The notes under the pieces: generated by a model
Databases searched by the model: none
Seen by the model: only the letters and a program-made list of their open reading frames with translations
What the model was told of the DNA's origin: nothing
Shown here: positions 39,322 to 48,357 of the stretch, piece after piece
How the letters are laid out: the number at the start of each line of letters is the position of its first letter
Numbering within the stretch: position 1 is the first letter of the stretch
Position numbers and translations under genes: made by a program
Origin: a virus
Taxonomy: Duplodnaviria > Caudoviricetes
Strand: one strand, 5' to 3'
DNA length: 53,296 bases
Virus record (IMG/VR): IMGVR_UViG_3300049484_000358
Location: 1-53,296 of that record

Positions 39322-40761
39322 TCACCGTATAAAAGTAAGGCGATGTTTGGCTCGGGTAATGGCCACGTACTTAAGATTTTTCTCTTGTTCACGCGCCCAC
39401 GGTGTTTTAGCCATTGGGTGCGGTATCAAGTCAGGCCGTAGCAGGAACACATGATCCGCTTCCGTTCCCTTTGCTTTGTGGATTGATGAGCATGTAATGC
39501 CGCTACTCTCATCTGCGAAAATATTCTGAATGCGGAACAGCAGTGCATCAACGGTGTTGAGTCCTTCAACCAAAGCGATGATGGTATCCCGTTGATCTTG
39601 CAATGCCGATGCCGGACCCGGTTTTTCAGCGGCTAAAAATTTCATAACTTCTTCATCGACGAAAGTATTCATTGACTTTAGAAAATCGTTCAATGTTGAC
39701 ACCAAAAATTTCCGGCGTATCCGCTCAATTAATGCCTGCAGTGATTTTCCAATGTCGCGCCCACGTACATAGGCTTTTTTGCCATCGGCGATAAGCATGA
39801 GTGCAAATTTAACTAGCGGTGCATTCGTTCGGCACAACACCAAATCATCATATCTTATGATTTCGGATACTTTTGTATCACGTATATCGTCGACTATACC
39901 ATCAGGTGCACCGTCGCGGCATTCGATTTCGGGTACAATGGACTGGGCTAGTTCAATTATTTTACGATCGCAACGGTAGCAAATACTGAGCGGCAGTTCA
40001 AAGGACCCGATCTCTTTGGAGAAGTCATCCATAGCATCTACACCAGCGCCACGAAAAGCATAGATAGATTGGTTGCGATCGCCTACGGCGAAAATCCTGC
40101 CGCCATTTGAAATAGACCGTCGGACTAACGATACCTGAGCAGGGTTCATGTCCTGCCGCTCATCAACGAACAGGGCATCCAACTTATAAATACTGCAGTG
40201 GCCAATAGCCGGCAGATAAACCATATCATCGAAGTCAACGACGTTATCCTGCTCGTTGGACTTGTTGAGCACTACCTGTGCATTATGCACTACCTCATCG
40301 ACTTGTTCTGCATCGACGAGTATTTCAAAACGAGTCATCAGGTAATTGAAATCGGGATACTTGGTATCTGTAGTCTTCGCCAAGCTGACTAGCCGTAGCG
40401 TAGGTGATTCCAAGTCAGGATTCATATTAGGAATACTGCGATAGATGTCGCGGCATTTAGTCTGCACAATCGGTAAACCCGCACTGCCCGGGTGTGCTTG
40501 ACGATACTGCCAGTTCAGATTACGCAACCCGTGCGCATGAAATGTCTTGGCAGGTACATTCGACGGAAGTCTGGTTTCCAATTCAGTTTGAATGATTTTA
40601 TTGAAAGCCATAAACATAGACTTCATGTTGGGGTCAAGTATGCCCGCGCCTTCGATTATGGTAGTAGTCTTTCCTGACCCCGCTTTGGCTTCCAATGTTA
40701 TATTGTCCGAAGTATCTCGGACAGCATCGAAAAAATCCTGTTGATATTTGCTGAATTTCAT
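39322..40761 (-). CDS. UvrD/Rep-like SF1 helicase
   Basis: A.AGSGKTT, AFN, TFHA, VDE.QD, VGD..QSIY.FRGA, S.HK.KG.E, YVA.TRA. Confidence 0.93.
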   Translation of the reverse strand: MKFSKYQQDFFDAVRDTSDNITLEAKAGSGKTTTIIEGAGILDPNMKSMFMAFNKIIQTELETRLPSNVPAKTFHAHGLRNLNWQYRQAHPGSAGLPIVQTKCRDIYRSIPNMNPDLESPTLRLVSLAKTTDTKYPDFNYLMTRFEILVDAEQVDEVVHNAQVVLNKSNEQDNVVDFDDMVYLPAIGHCSIYKLDALFVDERQDMNPAQVSLVRRSISNGGRIFAVGDRNQSIYAFRGAGVDAMDDFSKEIGSFELPLSICYRCDRKIIELAQSIVPEIECRDGAPDGIVDDIRDTKVSEIIRYDDLVLCRTNAPLVKFALMLIADGKKAYVRGRDIGKSLQALIERIRRKFLVSTLNDFLKSMNTFVDEEVMKFLAAEKPGPASALQDQRDTIIALVEGLNTVDALLFRIQNIFADESSGITCSSIHKAKGTEADHVFLLRPDLIPHPMAKTPWAREQEKNLKYVAITRAKHRLTFIR

Positions 40762-40808
40762 ATGATCTCCATTTGTTCTCAATTCGATCTAAACTTTATC
40801 ATAGTAGT

Positions 40809-40870
40809 ATTATACTACATCGGACTAACGTTGGGACACTGTCCATTGTCATGTATTTGACATGACCATT
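40809..40870 (-). promoter_or_regulatory. Early promoter with GTCATG-N7-CATGACA box
   Basis: TGACA-32 nt-TATAAT on - strand. Confidence 0.75.
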
Positions 40871-40879
40871 ATCCTCCGT

Positions 40880-41203
40880 TTATATTCGAGCAATGCTAAC
40901 GACACCAGCGTCGATAGATTGATTCAGTACTTGCTCGCCTTTGTTGAATGCCAGCACTTTGTAAGTTGACAATTCTTTCGGCGTAAGTATTACGTCTATC
41001 GACGCCCAGCCTTCCACGTGATTGAAGATGTTCAGACGCATCAGCAGGGTTCCATCTGGTGCGAGCACGTCAATTGACTCGGCGTGATCCGGTGTAACCA
41101 CAATTCCAAGCCGATGGAAGAAGCTGTCATGCGTTGATATTACTAATTGCGGCACGACATTCTGCGGATTCTCTGGTAGGTTACATACGCAGGGGTTTAT
41201 CAT
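40880..41203 (-). CDS. Hypothetical protein
   Basis: ATGA overlap with the upstream gene. Confidence 0.6.
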   Translation of the reverse strand: MINPCVCNLPENPQNVVPQLVISTHDSFFHRLGIVVTPDHAESIDVLAPDGTLLMRLNIFNHVEGWASIDVILTPKELSTYKVLAFNKGEQVLNQSIDAGVVSIARI

Positions 41204-41727
41204 TTGTGCATCCTCAACGCATAAGTTACTAGAGCCATACCAGCACCAAAAATTACAACGAATAGCAGCATAATTACAACTGCTGATGTTAATGGATGAA
41301 CATCGGAACCAGTGGCTGGAAGTAACATATCAGATGTAGACGTAGGGTCACGATGGACATAAACCTGGGTGACTGTTGCCGTGGCCTGTGGATCGGGTTC
41401 GCCGTCTGTTGGTGCCACTGTGGGATCATCACCACCTGGCGGTATAGCAGTAACAGGTGGGATCAATATAACGGCAGTTTCAGTTGGAGTTATCTGAGTT
41501 TCTGTTGGAGCCGAAGTCTCAGTCTCTTTAGGTACTTCCGTTGGAGCAGCGGTTGGTAACTCTGGTGTATCGGTGAAATCTGGCGCCGGAGAAGGAAGTT
41601 CCATTGTAGCCGTAGGCGGAGGAGGTGGTACACAATTCAAATCACCAGCCTGACATCCGGTATCTGGGATCTGCGCCATTACAGCGAATGCGCATATCAA
41701 CAAGAAAACGACTAGCAGTTTTTTCAT
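41200..41727 (-). CDS. Secreted Pro/Thr-rich surface protein with LPxTG sorting signal
   Basis: Signal peptide MKKLLVVFLLICAFAVMA; PT repeats; LPATG + TM + RMHK; RBS GGAGG. Confidence 0.75.
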   Translation of the reverse strand: MKKLLVVFLLICAFAVMAQIPDTGCQAGDLNCVPPPPPTATMELPSPAPDFTDTPELPTAAPTEVPKETETSAPTETQITPTETAVILIPPVTAIPPGGDDPTVAPTDGEPDPQATATVTQVYVHRDPTSTSDMLLPATGSDVHPLTSAVVIMLLFVVIFGAGMALVTYALRMHK

Positions 41728-41876
41728 AAACGTCCTCCAAAAGCGAAATATGTGCAAAGCCCGAGAAGCCCTAGTAGTAGCAAAAAACCAAAGCTAAGTA
41801 CTATTGCAATGCAAGTACCACCCGCGGGTTGCAAGCGTATCGGAAACCACTGATCACTATACTTTCTGTCTTTCAT
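41724..41876 (-). CDS. Small membrane protein (50 aa), not in ORF track
   Basis: ATGA overlaps at both ends; hydrophobic C-terminal half. Confidence 0.5.
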   Translation of the reverse strand: MKDRKYSDQWFPIRLQPAGGTCIAIVLSFGFLLLLGLLGLCTYFAFGGRL

Positions 41877-42091
41877 TTTTTGCGATTCAACTTTCGTGAT
41901 TTACGCGCTTGTTTTCGCGCCTTCTTGGACTGCTCATGCGATGCCCGAGTAATGCCAACAGGCGATGACGGTTCGGCAAAGACTCGACGGCCTCGTTGTA
42001 TGGCCATCATAATACGAAGCTTTTCGATTTCGTCGTCTGTGGTATCGACAGCAGGGTCTTCAACCACAGGTATTTTATATTCCTCATCCAT
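41873..42091 (-). CDS. Small protein with acidic N-terminus and basic C-terminus
   Basis: RBS AAAGGAG; ends KKARKQARKSRKLNRKK. Confidence 0.55.
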   Translation of the reverse strand: MDEEYKIPVVEDPAVDTTDDEIEKLRIMMAIQRGRRVFAEPSSPVGITRASHEQSKKARKQARKSRKLNRKK

Positions 42092-42101
42092 ATGAACTCC
42101 T

Positions 42102-42500
42102 TTATCTAATTGCACCGTTGTATCGAGTGGCCCAAGCACCTAGGTACTTTAGGGTTTCGTTTAACGTACCATTACCTGGTGAGAAAGCGGTTTTGCCAAT
42201 TAAACTACCACCAGATACGACAACCGGAATAATTCCGTATTGATCACCAATTTTGCATACCCAGTAAAACTTGCCTTTTTCGCGCAAGTCTTTCCATGTT
42301 TGCCACGGTCCGTTTTTATTGCAAGACTCTTCAATGTCCTTCGCTTCCGGATGCTTCTTAATACCGTGGTCAGAGATCTGAACCTGACGACTTGCGGCAG
42401 CTGGTAATGCCGGAGCATTGCGCACAACAACGCTAAACAAAAAAGTCAGACAAGCGACTATCAGCAGTAGAAACATTTTCGGTGAAAGTATTGCGGTCAT
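42102..42500 (-). CDS. Exported/membrane-anchored protein
   Basis: N-terminal TM or signal peptide; RBS GGAGG. Confidence 0.6.
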   Translation of the reverse strand: MTAILSPKMFLLLIVACLTFLFSVVVRNAPALPAAASRQVQISDHGIKKHPEAKDIEESCNKNGPWQTWKDLREKGKFYWVCKIGDQYGIIPVVVSGGSLIGKTAFSPGNGTLNETLKYLGAWATRYNGAIR

Positions 42501-42820
42501 TGCAAACCTCCATCAAAACCATCATCAAGATTGTCCCAACCCATATCAAACATTCCGAGACGAACAACTTCGTCGCAGTCCAGCAGGGGTTGACAGTAGG
42601 GAACCTTAACCTGCATGCCTGCGATGGTGTTAGTTTTGTTTGGATCGTCGATGTTGATGGCAGCGACGAGGCGGACTACACTGCTTTTCTGTTCCCATAA
42701 GTACGCTTCGCGGGCGTGGACTACATCGGAGATCGATAGCGTTTTTCTCCAAGCCGCTGTGAACAGGTCTGCGGCGAGCGAACCCCACTTGAGTTCAATT
42801 TCTTTCTTGGTGTGAACCAT
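42497..42820 (-). CDS. Hypothetical protein
   Basis: RBS AAGGAG. Confidence 0.6.
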   Translation of the reverse strand: MVHTKKEIELKWGSLAADLFTAAWRKTLSISDVVHAREAYLWEQKSSVVRLVAAINIDDPNKTNTIAGMQVKVPYCQPLLDCDEVVRLGMFDMGWDNLDDGFDGGLQ

Positions 42821-42830
42821 TGCAAACTCC

Positions 42831-43022
42831 TTATATTGGATTTTTTACAATACATATTACAATAGATACACCAATAACAATTGAAACCAATAAAAATATT
42901 AATTGTGGATTAGCCCACAATAATTTGAACAACAGCGCAGGCGACCACCGAAAGTATAATGATAATGATAACAACTGCTGAACGAGTAGCGTTCGTAATC
43001 GACGTACGTACAAATGGATCAT
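42831..43022 (-). CDS. Small membrane protein
   Basis: Hydrophobic C-terminus; in the gene chain. Confidence 0.45.
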   Translation of the reverse strand: MIHLYVRRLRTLLVQQLLSLSLYFRWSPALLFKLLWANPQLIFLLVSIVIGVSIVICIVKNPI

Positions 43023-43196
43023 TCACTTCATCATCTCAACAAATAAAAGAACAACGGCAATGAGTCCACAAGCTAGCGCAACCATTATCATAGTTGCGGT
43101 GAGTTTTAAATTGCGAAATGGTAGGCATATAAATGCTACCAACAGGAAAAATAATGTGGCCATAAGCCAATATATATCAGGAGTAATGGTGTTCAT
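43023..43196 (-). CDS. Small 2-TM membrane protein (57 aa), not in ORF track
   Basis: MNTITPDIYWLMATLFFLLVAFICLPF...; ATGA overlap with the HTH gene stop. Confidence 0.5.
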   Translation of the reverse strand: MNTITPDIYWLMATLFFLLVAFICLPFRNLKLTATMIMVALACGLIAVVLLFVEMMK

Positions 43197-43627
43197 TGTA
43201 CCTTTGGTATCGGAAACATTACGTATGAACCATGTAATGGCAGTTTATTTAATAATTGTAGTTTTTCATATTCGTACGGATAGCCACCGTATTCAATGGC
43301 ACGTAAACGCTGCAGTGGCATGTAATGAGCAGCGGCTTGTTGCTTTTGCGTTATACCTTTGTAGTATCGTATGCAACGGATTACGTTGCCAAAGTGTATT
43401 ACTGATAAGTCGATGTTGAATGTATCATCATGAACCAAATCATTTAATGTGTATATCGGATGTAGACATTTAACATACCGCGCAGCTAGTTCAATTCCAA
43501 CGTACTGCCGACGTTCTGTTCGAACTACATTTCTAGGATCAATGAAAATGAGTCCCGCTTTTGCTATATCCAACTGTGTGAGTCCTAACGATATTCTTGC
43601 CATTGCAAAAGAAAATCCAAAGTGCAT
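43193..43627 (-). CDS. Tandem XRE-type HTH regulator
   Basis: AR..LGLTQ.DIA...ER and FG..IR.IR..KGITQ.Q.A...IE.G. Confidence 0.7.
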   Translation of the reverse strand: MHFGFSFAMARISLGLTQLDIAKAGLIFIDPRNVVRTERRQYVGIELAARYVKCLHPIYTLNDLVHDDTFNIDLSVIHFGNVIRCIRYYKGITQKQQAAAHYMPLQRLRAIEYGGYPYEYEKLQLLNKLPLHGSYVMFPIPKVQ

Positions 43628-43647
43628 TGCAGTATTCCTTATTGACG

Positions 43648-43892
43648 AGCCGGTGTCCGTTTCTCTACGCAGGGGTGAAAGGAGTAAACATCCCCTGCTA
43701 TCCGAAACGGTACGATTTTATAGCGTTTACACCGGCTGTTTGAATAGGAGACTTCGGTACCAAAAGCATTGTCCACTGTACTTGTGGTTTGTCTGCAACT
43801 ACGCTTAGTACCCAGATCAGTTGCCAATTTTTCGTCTCCCTGCTGTCTCAGTCCACTGGGGGTAGTGGTATATTCCTAGTTTTAAGGTTCGG
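43648..43892 (-). ncRNA. Unnamed structured RNA (pseudoknotted domain plus long hairpin)
   Basis: Pairings GGAGAC/GUCUCC, GCAACUG/UAGUUGC, GGUACU/GGUACC, AAGCG/UGCUU, AGCCGGUGU/ACACCGGCU, CCGUUUC/GAAACGG, GCAGGGG/CCCCUGC; mismatches are G-U only on the - strand. Confidence 0.6.
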
Positions 43893-44262
43893 TTTCCGCT
43901 TTAGCGGCTTCAGCTTCATATTCTTCATTCAAATGCCGGACCAGTTTGTTGATGTCACCGGTGGTGTGGGTGATCATCCAATGATCGACATATGCCGGAA
44001 CGTCGGATTCATCGATGCGACCATCGGCCACCATACGATTGAGCATGTCAACCAATGTGTATAGTTGGCCGGCCAAAGCCGCCACTTGTCCAACCATTGA
44101 ATCGCATGAAGAATCATGATAGATCTGATTGTATTCCGTAAGAACCCATTCAGAACGATGCGTAGTAGTGTGTGGTTTACCACTAGGGTAAGCCTTTGCA
44201 CAGTGACCACCGCAGCATTCAGTGGTATCAATTTCATAAAGTAATGTTGGCATTGGTCCCAT
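43882..44262 (-). CDS. Hypothetical protein (Cys/His-rich N-terminus)
   Basis: ORF with RBS AAGGA. Confidence 0.5.
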   Translation of the reverse strand: MGPMPTLLYEIDTTECCGGHCAKAYPSGKPHTTTHRSEWVLTEYNQIYHDSSCDSMVGQVAALAGQLYTLVDMLNRMVADGRIDESDVPAYVDHWMITHTTGDINKLVRHLNEEYEAEAAKAETEP

Positions 44263-44278
44263 TCCTTGTGGGTGTAGA

Positions 44279-44317
44279 AGTCCGGCCGGAACAAGTGGAA
44301 ACCTGTCCGGCCGGACT
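44279..44317 (-). other. Long GC-rich hairpin 3' of paralog 1
   Basis: AGTCCGGCCGGA...TCCGGCCGGACT, 12 bp perfect. Confidence 0.7.
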
Positions 44318-44342
44318 CGACGCGGGAAGGATACCCGAAGTC

Positions 44343-44855
44343 TTAGGCGTGATCGACGATAACAGTCTCGTCAGCAGTCGCGGCCGCAACATCAGCGGTT
44401 GTTTTAGCGACTTTTTCTTTCTTCACTTTCGGGGTCTTGACCGGACGAGGATGGGTCTCGTCAAACCAGCGATCGTCGGCGGCGATGATGCGACCAACCT
44501 CACCAGCGGACCTGCCGGCCAGAGGGCGCAGGTATTCTTCGGACATAAAGTATGCAGTGTTAGCTGCACGATTCAGCGAGTAAGTCTCGCCGCGGGTGGA
44601 GCACTGCATATACTTACGCAGGTAAGAAGCGGTGATGATCACACCGCTATCGTTGTGGATACCCCACGGATTCGGACCTTCAGGAAGTTTCGGTGCTTTG
44701 ACCTTCGCTTCGCCGGCGGGTTTGGGGGCTTTCGCTTTCTTTACTTTGGCCGGGGCAGCTTCAGTCGCCGCTGCTTCTTCCGCCATGATGGCGTCCAGGC
44801 TCAGGCCGTCGTTGTTCAAGCTGTCTTCAATATTTTCCATAAAATCTTTCGCCAT
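44343..44855 (-). CDS. Early protein, paralog 1 of an unknown family; Lys/Ala/Pro-rich tails
   Basis: WGIHNDSGVIITASYLRKYMQC...NRAANTAYFMSEEYL; RBS AAGGAG. Confidence 0.8.
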   Translation of the reverse strand: MAKDFMENIEDSLNNDGLSLDAIMAEEAAATEAAPAKVKKAKAPKPAGEAKVKAPKLPEGPNPWGIHNDSGVIITASYLRKYMQCSTRGETYSLNRAANTAYFMSEEYLRPLAGRSAGEVGRIIAADDRWFDETHPRPVKTPKVKKEKVAKTTADVAAATADETVIVDHA

Positions 44856-44923
44856 TGTGAACTCCTTGGTTCGTAAAAAGGTTGGATACGATGCCTGCTC
44901 GGCAGGTTTTTGACTATAGAATA

Positions 44924-44990
44924 ATTATACTCCCATTTGACCTCCAGTGTAACTAACAAATGTCATGCAAGTAACATGACCATTGTCACG
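44924..44990 (-). promoter_or_regulatory. Early promoter with GTCATG-N7-CATGACA box
   Basis: TTACAC-17-TATAAT; TGACA 31 nt upstream of -10. Confidence 0.8.
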
Positions 44991-45336
44991 CGTTTTCCGC
45001 GGGGATCGGCGACAAAGGTTGCCAATGAGTTATCCACGAATACATATCACCGTGGTAAAACACACCGTCGGTAGTAGACCATTGTGGTATTGACGCAATG
45101 TGATACGCCACGTGACGACTGTTATTAGATCCGTCGAATACCAGTACCCGTTCATAATCCAGCGGCAGGGTTTTACTAACTGGAACCCATTCAACGAATT
45201 CTGCGCGGAGTGCAGTCACACACTTTTCGAGATATGATTCTTCTTGAACAAGGTCAGATCCCCATCGTCGATTTGCTTTAACGGTTTGGGCGGCTCGGAT
45301 TACTTTGTCGATTAGCAGGTCTATACCCGTTTTCAT
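44986..45336 (-). CDS. DUF551-domain protein
   Basis: WVPVS..LP...RVLV ... ITHWQPL. Confidence 0.75.
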   Translation of the reverse strand: MKTGIDLLIDKVIRAAQTVKANRRWGSDLVQEESYLEKCVTALRAEFVEWVPVSKTLPLDYERVLVFDGSNNSRHVAYHIASIPQWSTTDGVFYHGDMYSWITHWQPLSPIPAENA

Positions 45337-45489
45337 TTAACGGCCGTTCTTTTTCTTCTCGGCTTCACGACGTTCACGATTGGCGATCTGTACACGAATG
45401 TCTTCGCGTCCATCATCACGTTTGGTAGCCACATCGCGGGTGTCAGTCTTTGGTGCCTGCTGTGGCGGGGTCTGGGGTTTGGTTGGCAT
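45337..45489 (-). CDS. Small charged protein
   Basis: RBS AAGGAG before MPTKPQ. Confidence 0.5.
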   Translation of the reverse strand: MPTKPQTPPQQAPKTDTRDVATKRDDGREDIRVQIANRERREAEKKKNGR

Positions 45490-45766
45490 GTGTAATCTCC
45501 TTTGGAAGTTTGATTCGCATCTGGTCATGTCGGCGGATAATGAACCGCCGAGTCGGATCAGTTTTTAAATACGCGATACACGCCTGTTTGTAATGCACTG
45601 CTGGTGTTGGATTAGAAATTGCAATGCGTTTGTTGCAAATCCTACACTTATACACATCGGATGCGTACAAAGCACTGGGTATGCTACTGTTGTCCATCGT
45701 CAGCAGTTGTATGCCATTATATTCGACGATCATTTCTGCTTCACAGTCAATACATACTGGATACAT
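45443..45766 (-). CDS. Zn-ribbon protein
   Basis: C..C..EM ... D.Y.C..C; RBS GGAGG. Confidence 0.6.
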   Translation of the reverse strand: MYPVCIDCEAEMIVEYNGIQLLTMDNSSIPSALYASDVYKCRICNKRIAISNPTPAVHYKQACIAYLKTDPTRRFIIRRHDQMRIKLPKEITHANQTPDPATAGTKD

Positions 45767-45820
45767 TATTCCTCCACTTCTTCATCGGCTGGATTTTTTG
45801 CGTATTGTGCAGCGTATTCT

Positions 45821-46132
45821 TTAGCTTTCATTTTCAATCCTCCGGATGGCTTCGTGCAAGCAGTAGTTGAAGTGCCGGACTACATTCCTTGCCATAAGGA
45901 TAGAGTTGCCTGCAACCATTACCCAGCCGTCTGGCGTAGCGTCTGCAACCTGGGTAGCCGGAACAGTTTCTGACTCTGGCCAAGCCAAATCCCGAATCGT
46001 GACAGTTTTGTCTTGAATTATGACACGGCCTTTACAACCACCATTCTTCGCTTCCGAACACGTGCATTTGAAGGTGTGTGGTTTGTCATAACCATATGCA
46101 TAGTCGCCGATGTTTACTTTTCCAGTCGCCAT
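45821..46132 (-). CDS. Hypothetical protein
   Basis: RBS AAGGAG. Confidence 0.55.
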   Translation of the reverse strand: MATGKVNIGDYAYGYDKPHTFKCTCSEAKNGGCKGRVIIQDKTVTIRDLAWPESETVPATQVADATPDGWVMVAGNSILMARNVVRHFNYCLHEAIRRIENES

Positions 46133-46479
46133 GGTTCGTTGTCTCCTTCGTCATCATACTCGTACCCTGCTTTATCGTTACGTGCATTGCAGTATGCGCA
46201 AGTACCGAAGTCGTCTTCACCCTGCGGCGGCATAGGGCACGGATTACCGCAGTTGAAACACGGAATGTAGTAAACGCATGTCAATGCAACTTTGATGCAG
46301 GCATCTACATCGGCTACCAATTTCCAATACAGAGCAAACGGCAGCAGGGTTTCGTTGGGGGATCCCTCATTTATGCGGTAGCAGGGTGTTTGGATGAGTT
46401 CACCATCGGGCAAGGTGGCATCACGCATTTCGAGGGTGGCCGGTAGTAGGTCACTTGGGTTTTTATCAAGCGGGGTCAT
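46114..46479 (-). CDS. Hypothetical protein with C-terminal Zn finger
   Basis: CFNC ... CAYC; RBS GGGAGA. Confidence 0.55.
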   Translation of the reverse strand: MTPLDKNPSDLLPATLEMRDATLPDGELIQTPCYRINEGSPNETLLPFALYWKLVADVDACIKVALTCVYYIPCFNCGNPCPMPPQGEDDFGTCAYCNARNDKAGYEYDDEGDNEPWRLEK

Positions 46480-46798
46480 AGTCAATCTCCCAGATTGGAA
46501 CGTGTAAGTCACCATTGAAAATGGAAATTGTGGTGGTAGTGACTACTGATTTTACAGCATCCACACATTCAACCATACTGCCGGGCAGCAGGTTTTCGCA
46601 GGCTTCTACGATTATGGAAGCTTCCAAATAACTTTCAGTGAACCACGGGACACCGGCCATAGGTTCAATAAATTCTTTGACATATGCTATCCGTGGATTG
46701 ACATGCGATATGATTATCACATCTTTCACGAAGAATTCTACACCAGGACCTACGTCCACGTGTACCATATATCCGTCTTTGAGCAAGGTTTTTGGCAT
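46466..46798 (-). CDS. Hypothetical protein (tandem paralog A2)
   Basis: Y.V...PGV...V ... VVTTTT..F shared with the upstream gene. Confidence 0.6.
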   Translation of the reverse strand: MPKTLLKDGYMVHVDVGPGVEFFVKDVIIISHVNPRIAYVKEFIEPMAGVPWFTESYLEASIIVEACENLLPGSMVECVDAVKSVVTTTTISIFNGDLHVPIWEIDYDPA

Positions 46799-46799
46799 A

Positions 46800-47099
46800 T
46801 TACACCTCAAATGAATATTCAGTGGTGGTCGTAATCACACGGGAAATTGGTACGATTATAACTGTCGCCGACACAAACAGTTGATTTAAATGCGTCTCAA
46901 CTTCTTCTGCAGCTGAACGATTCGCAAAAACAAACGGCGGTTCTTCGCTTTCTAAGTGTATTGAAGACGCCACAAAGTCGTTGTTGCAGTCTTGTTCTAT
47001 TCCAGTGACAATTAAGTCTACGCCAGGAAAACCGATGCACACGACATATGCAGTAGAGTCGCGTCTATCGACTGGTGGATTAATCATTTTGGACCCCAA
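46800..47099 (-). CDS. Hypothetical protein (tandem paralog A1; start may be 47087)
   Basis: YVV..PGV..IV ... VITTTT..F. Confidence 0.6.
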   Translation of the reverse strand: MGSKMINPPVDRRDSTAYVVCIGFPGVDLIVTGIEQDCNNDFVASSIHLESEEPPFVFANRSAAEEVETHLNQLFVSATVIIVPISRVITTTTEYSFEV

Positions 47100-47554
47100 T
47101 TCATCAGGTGTTCGTCGTCCACCAAATCAGCGGGGTTGAATGGATCATCACTTAAGCGAGGATCGTCTGCATATTCGGATAAACGACAGGCGGAGTCATA
47201 ATCTGATTCCACGTTTAAGTCGATGCCTGCTGTGGCGAGTGCATCTTTGGCGAGCAGCAGGATTTGATCGCCGATAGGCAGTCCCAGTTCAATTAGTTGG
47301 ACCAGGTCAAATAGGTGGGTGGCGAGTAGTGGGGCTGCGGCAGCGAGGACAGCGTCGGTTTCCTTGCGGAAGGGAGCGGCGTGTTCGCGCCAGCAGGCTA
47401 CATCATAGTTGGGAGTGAAGATTTCCCATCCTTCATGGCGGATGATGCCGCCGGAAGGGTTGAGCTTGCGAGACTTCCACGGACCGGGTGTAGCGGTGGG
47501 TGGATAAGCGGGTGGTTGCAACATAGTACTCCTTTGCGGTTTATTCTGTGGCAT
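47084..47554 (-). CDS. Phage protein with TPGPW / A.L.AAAP motif
   Basis: TPGPW...DA.L.AAAP.L pattern common in phage early proteins. Confidence 0.65.
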   Translation of the reverse strand: MPQNKPQRSTMLQPPAYPPTATPGPWKSRKLNPSGGIIRHEGWEIFTPNYDVACWREHAAPFRKETDAVLAAAAPLLATHLFDLVQLIELGLPIGDQILLLAKDALATAGIDLNVESDYDSACRLSEYADDPRLSDDPFNPADLVDDEHLMNWGPK

Positions 47555-48017
47555 TCATTAGCTCCCAGATTTCGTACAGTTTGGGACAGCTGGTTTGGAA
47601 TACATCAGGCATTGGTGTTTCATCACCGACAATAGCATTCAACGCGTCTCGGAAGTTGGTTAACGCATTGAGGAAAATGTATCGATTGTGGTTGTACCGG
47701 GTAGCAACCAGTCGATCCTCGTCACCAAACTGCTCAGTGAATCGGATCATTTTGATTGGTACAATAGACACCGCATAAAACCAAAAATGTGCATTGTCAT
47801 CCAATGCACCACACGGTATGAATTCTCCTGGAACCCATGTACCGACGCCATCATTGTAATATCCCCCTTTGTATTCGGAGGAATATGCAGGAGTGAACCG
47901 CCCAACAGCATATGATAAGTGATGACTTTCATGCGCATCTCTAGGATGTACGGCAATAACAACGCCATCGAAGGATTTCAATTCTTTTGGGGTTTGTATA
48001 CCGGAGGGTGTTTGCAC
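47541..48017 (-). CDS. Hypothetical protein
   Basis: GTG 48017 with RBS AAAGGA, in frame with the 230 aa ORF. Confidence 0.5.
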   Translation of the reverse strand: MQTPSGIQTPKELKSFDGVVIAVHPRDAHESHHLSYAVGRFTPAYSSEYKGGYYNDGVGTWVPGEFIPCGALDDNAHFWFYAVSIVPIKMIRFTEQFGDEDRLVATRYNHNRYIFLNALTNFRDALNAIVGDETPMPDVFQTSCPKLYEIWELMNATE

Positions 48018-48088
48018 AGCAGGTTTTCCTTTCAGTTTGTATCGTTTTCGAACATTTCTCGCCAGCAGGCTTCGATGTCCGGGAAGCG

Positions 48089-48247
48089 TTAGAGTTGGCC
48101 GGTGCGATAGGCCCATAGGGTGAAGCATAGCGCGAGCATGAGCATCCACGCAATGACGCCGTAGATAATGACGATGCCATATTTGCGGTAGGCCAGGATG
48201 GCGGATACGGCGAACAAGACAGCGAGAACCCATGCAAATGTAGTCAT
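48089..48247 (-). CDS. Small 2-TM membrane protein (52 aa), not in ORF track
   Basis: MTTFAWVLAVLFAVSAILAYRKYGIVIIYG...; RBS GGAGA; first gene after a promoter. Confidence 0.7.
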   Translation of the reverse strand: MTTFAWVLAVLFAVSAILAYRKYGIVIIYGVIAWMLMLALCFTLWAYRTGQL

Positions 48248-48285
48248 TTCGAATCTCCCATTGGTTTATTCTTCATCATGTAATG

Positions 48286-48350
48286 ATTGTAACACATCGG
48301 GTGGTCGTTGGAGAACAGACCATTGTCATGTTTTTTATATGACCATTGTC
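48286..48350 (-). promoter_or_regulatory. Early promoter with GTCATA-N7-CATGACA box
   Basis: TGACA-32 nt-TACAAT. Confidence 0.75.
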
Positions 48351-48357
48351 CTCCATT

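Noticed and set aside
43745-43840. Pistol ribozyme (UAAGCGU)
   Set aside because: The P1 hairpin with pseudoknot loop and the G-U cleavage junction cannot be arranged; kept as an unnamed RNA.
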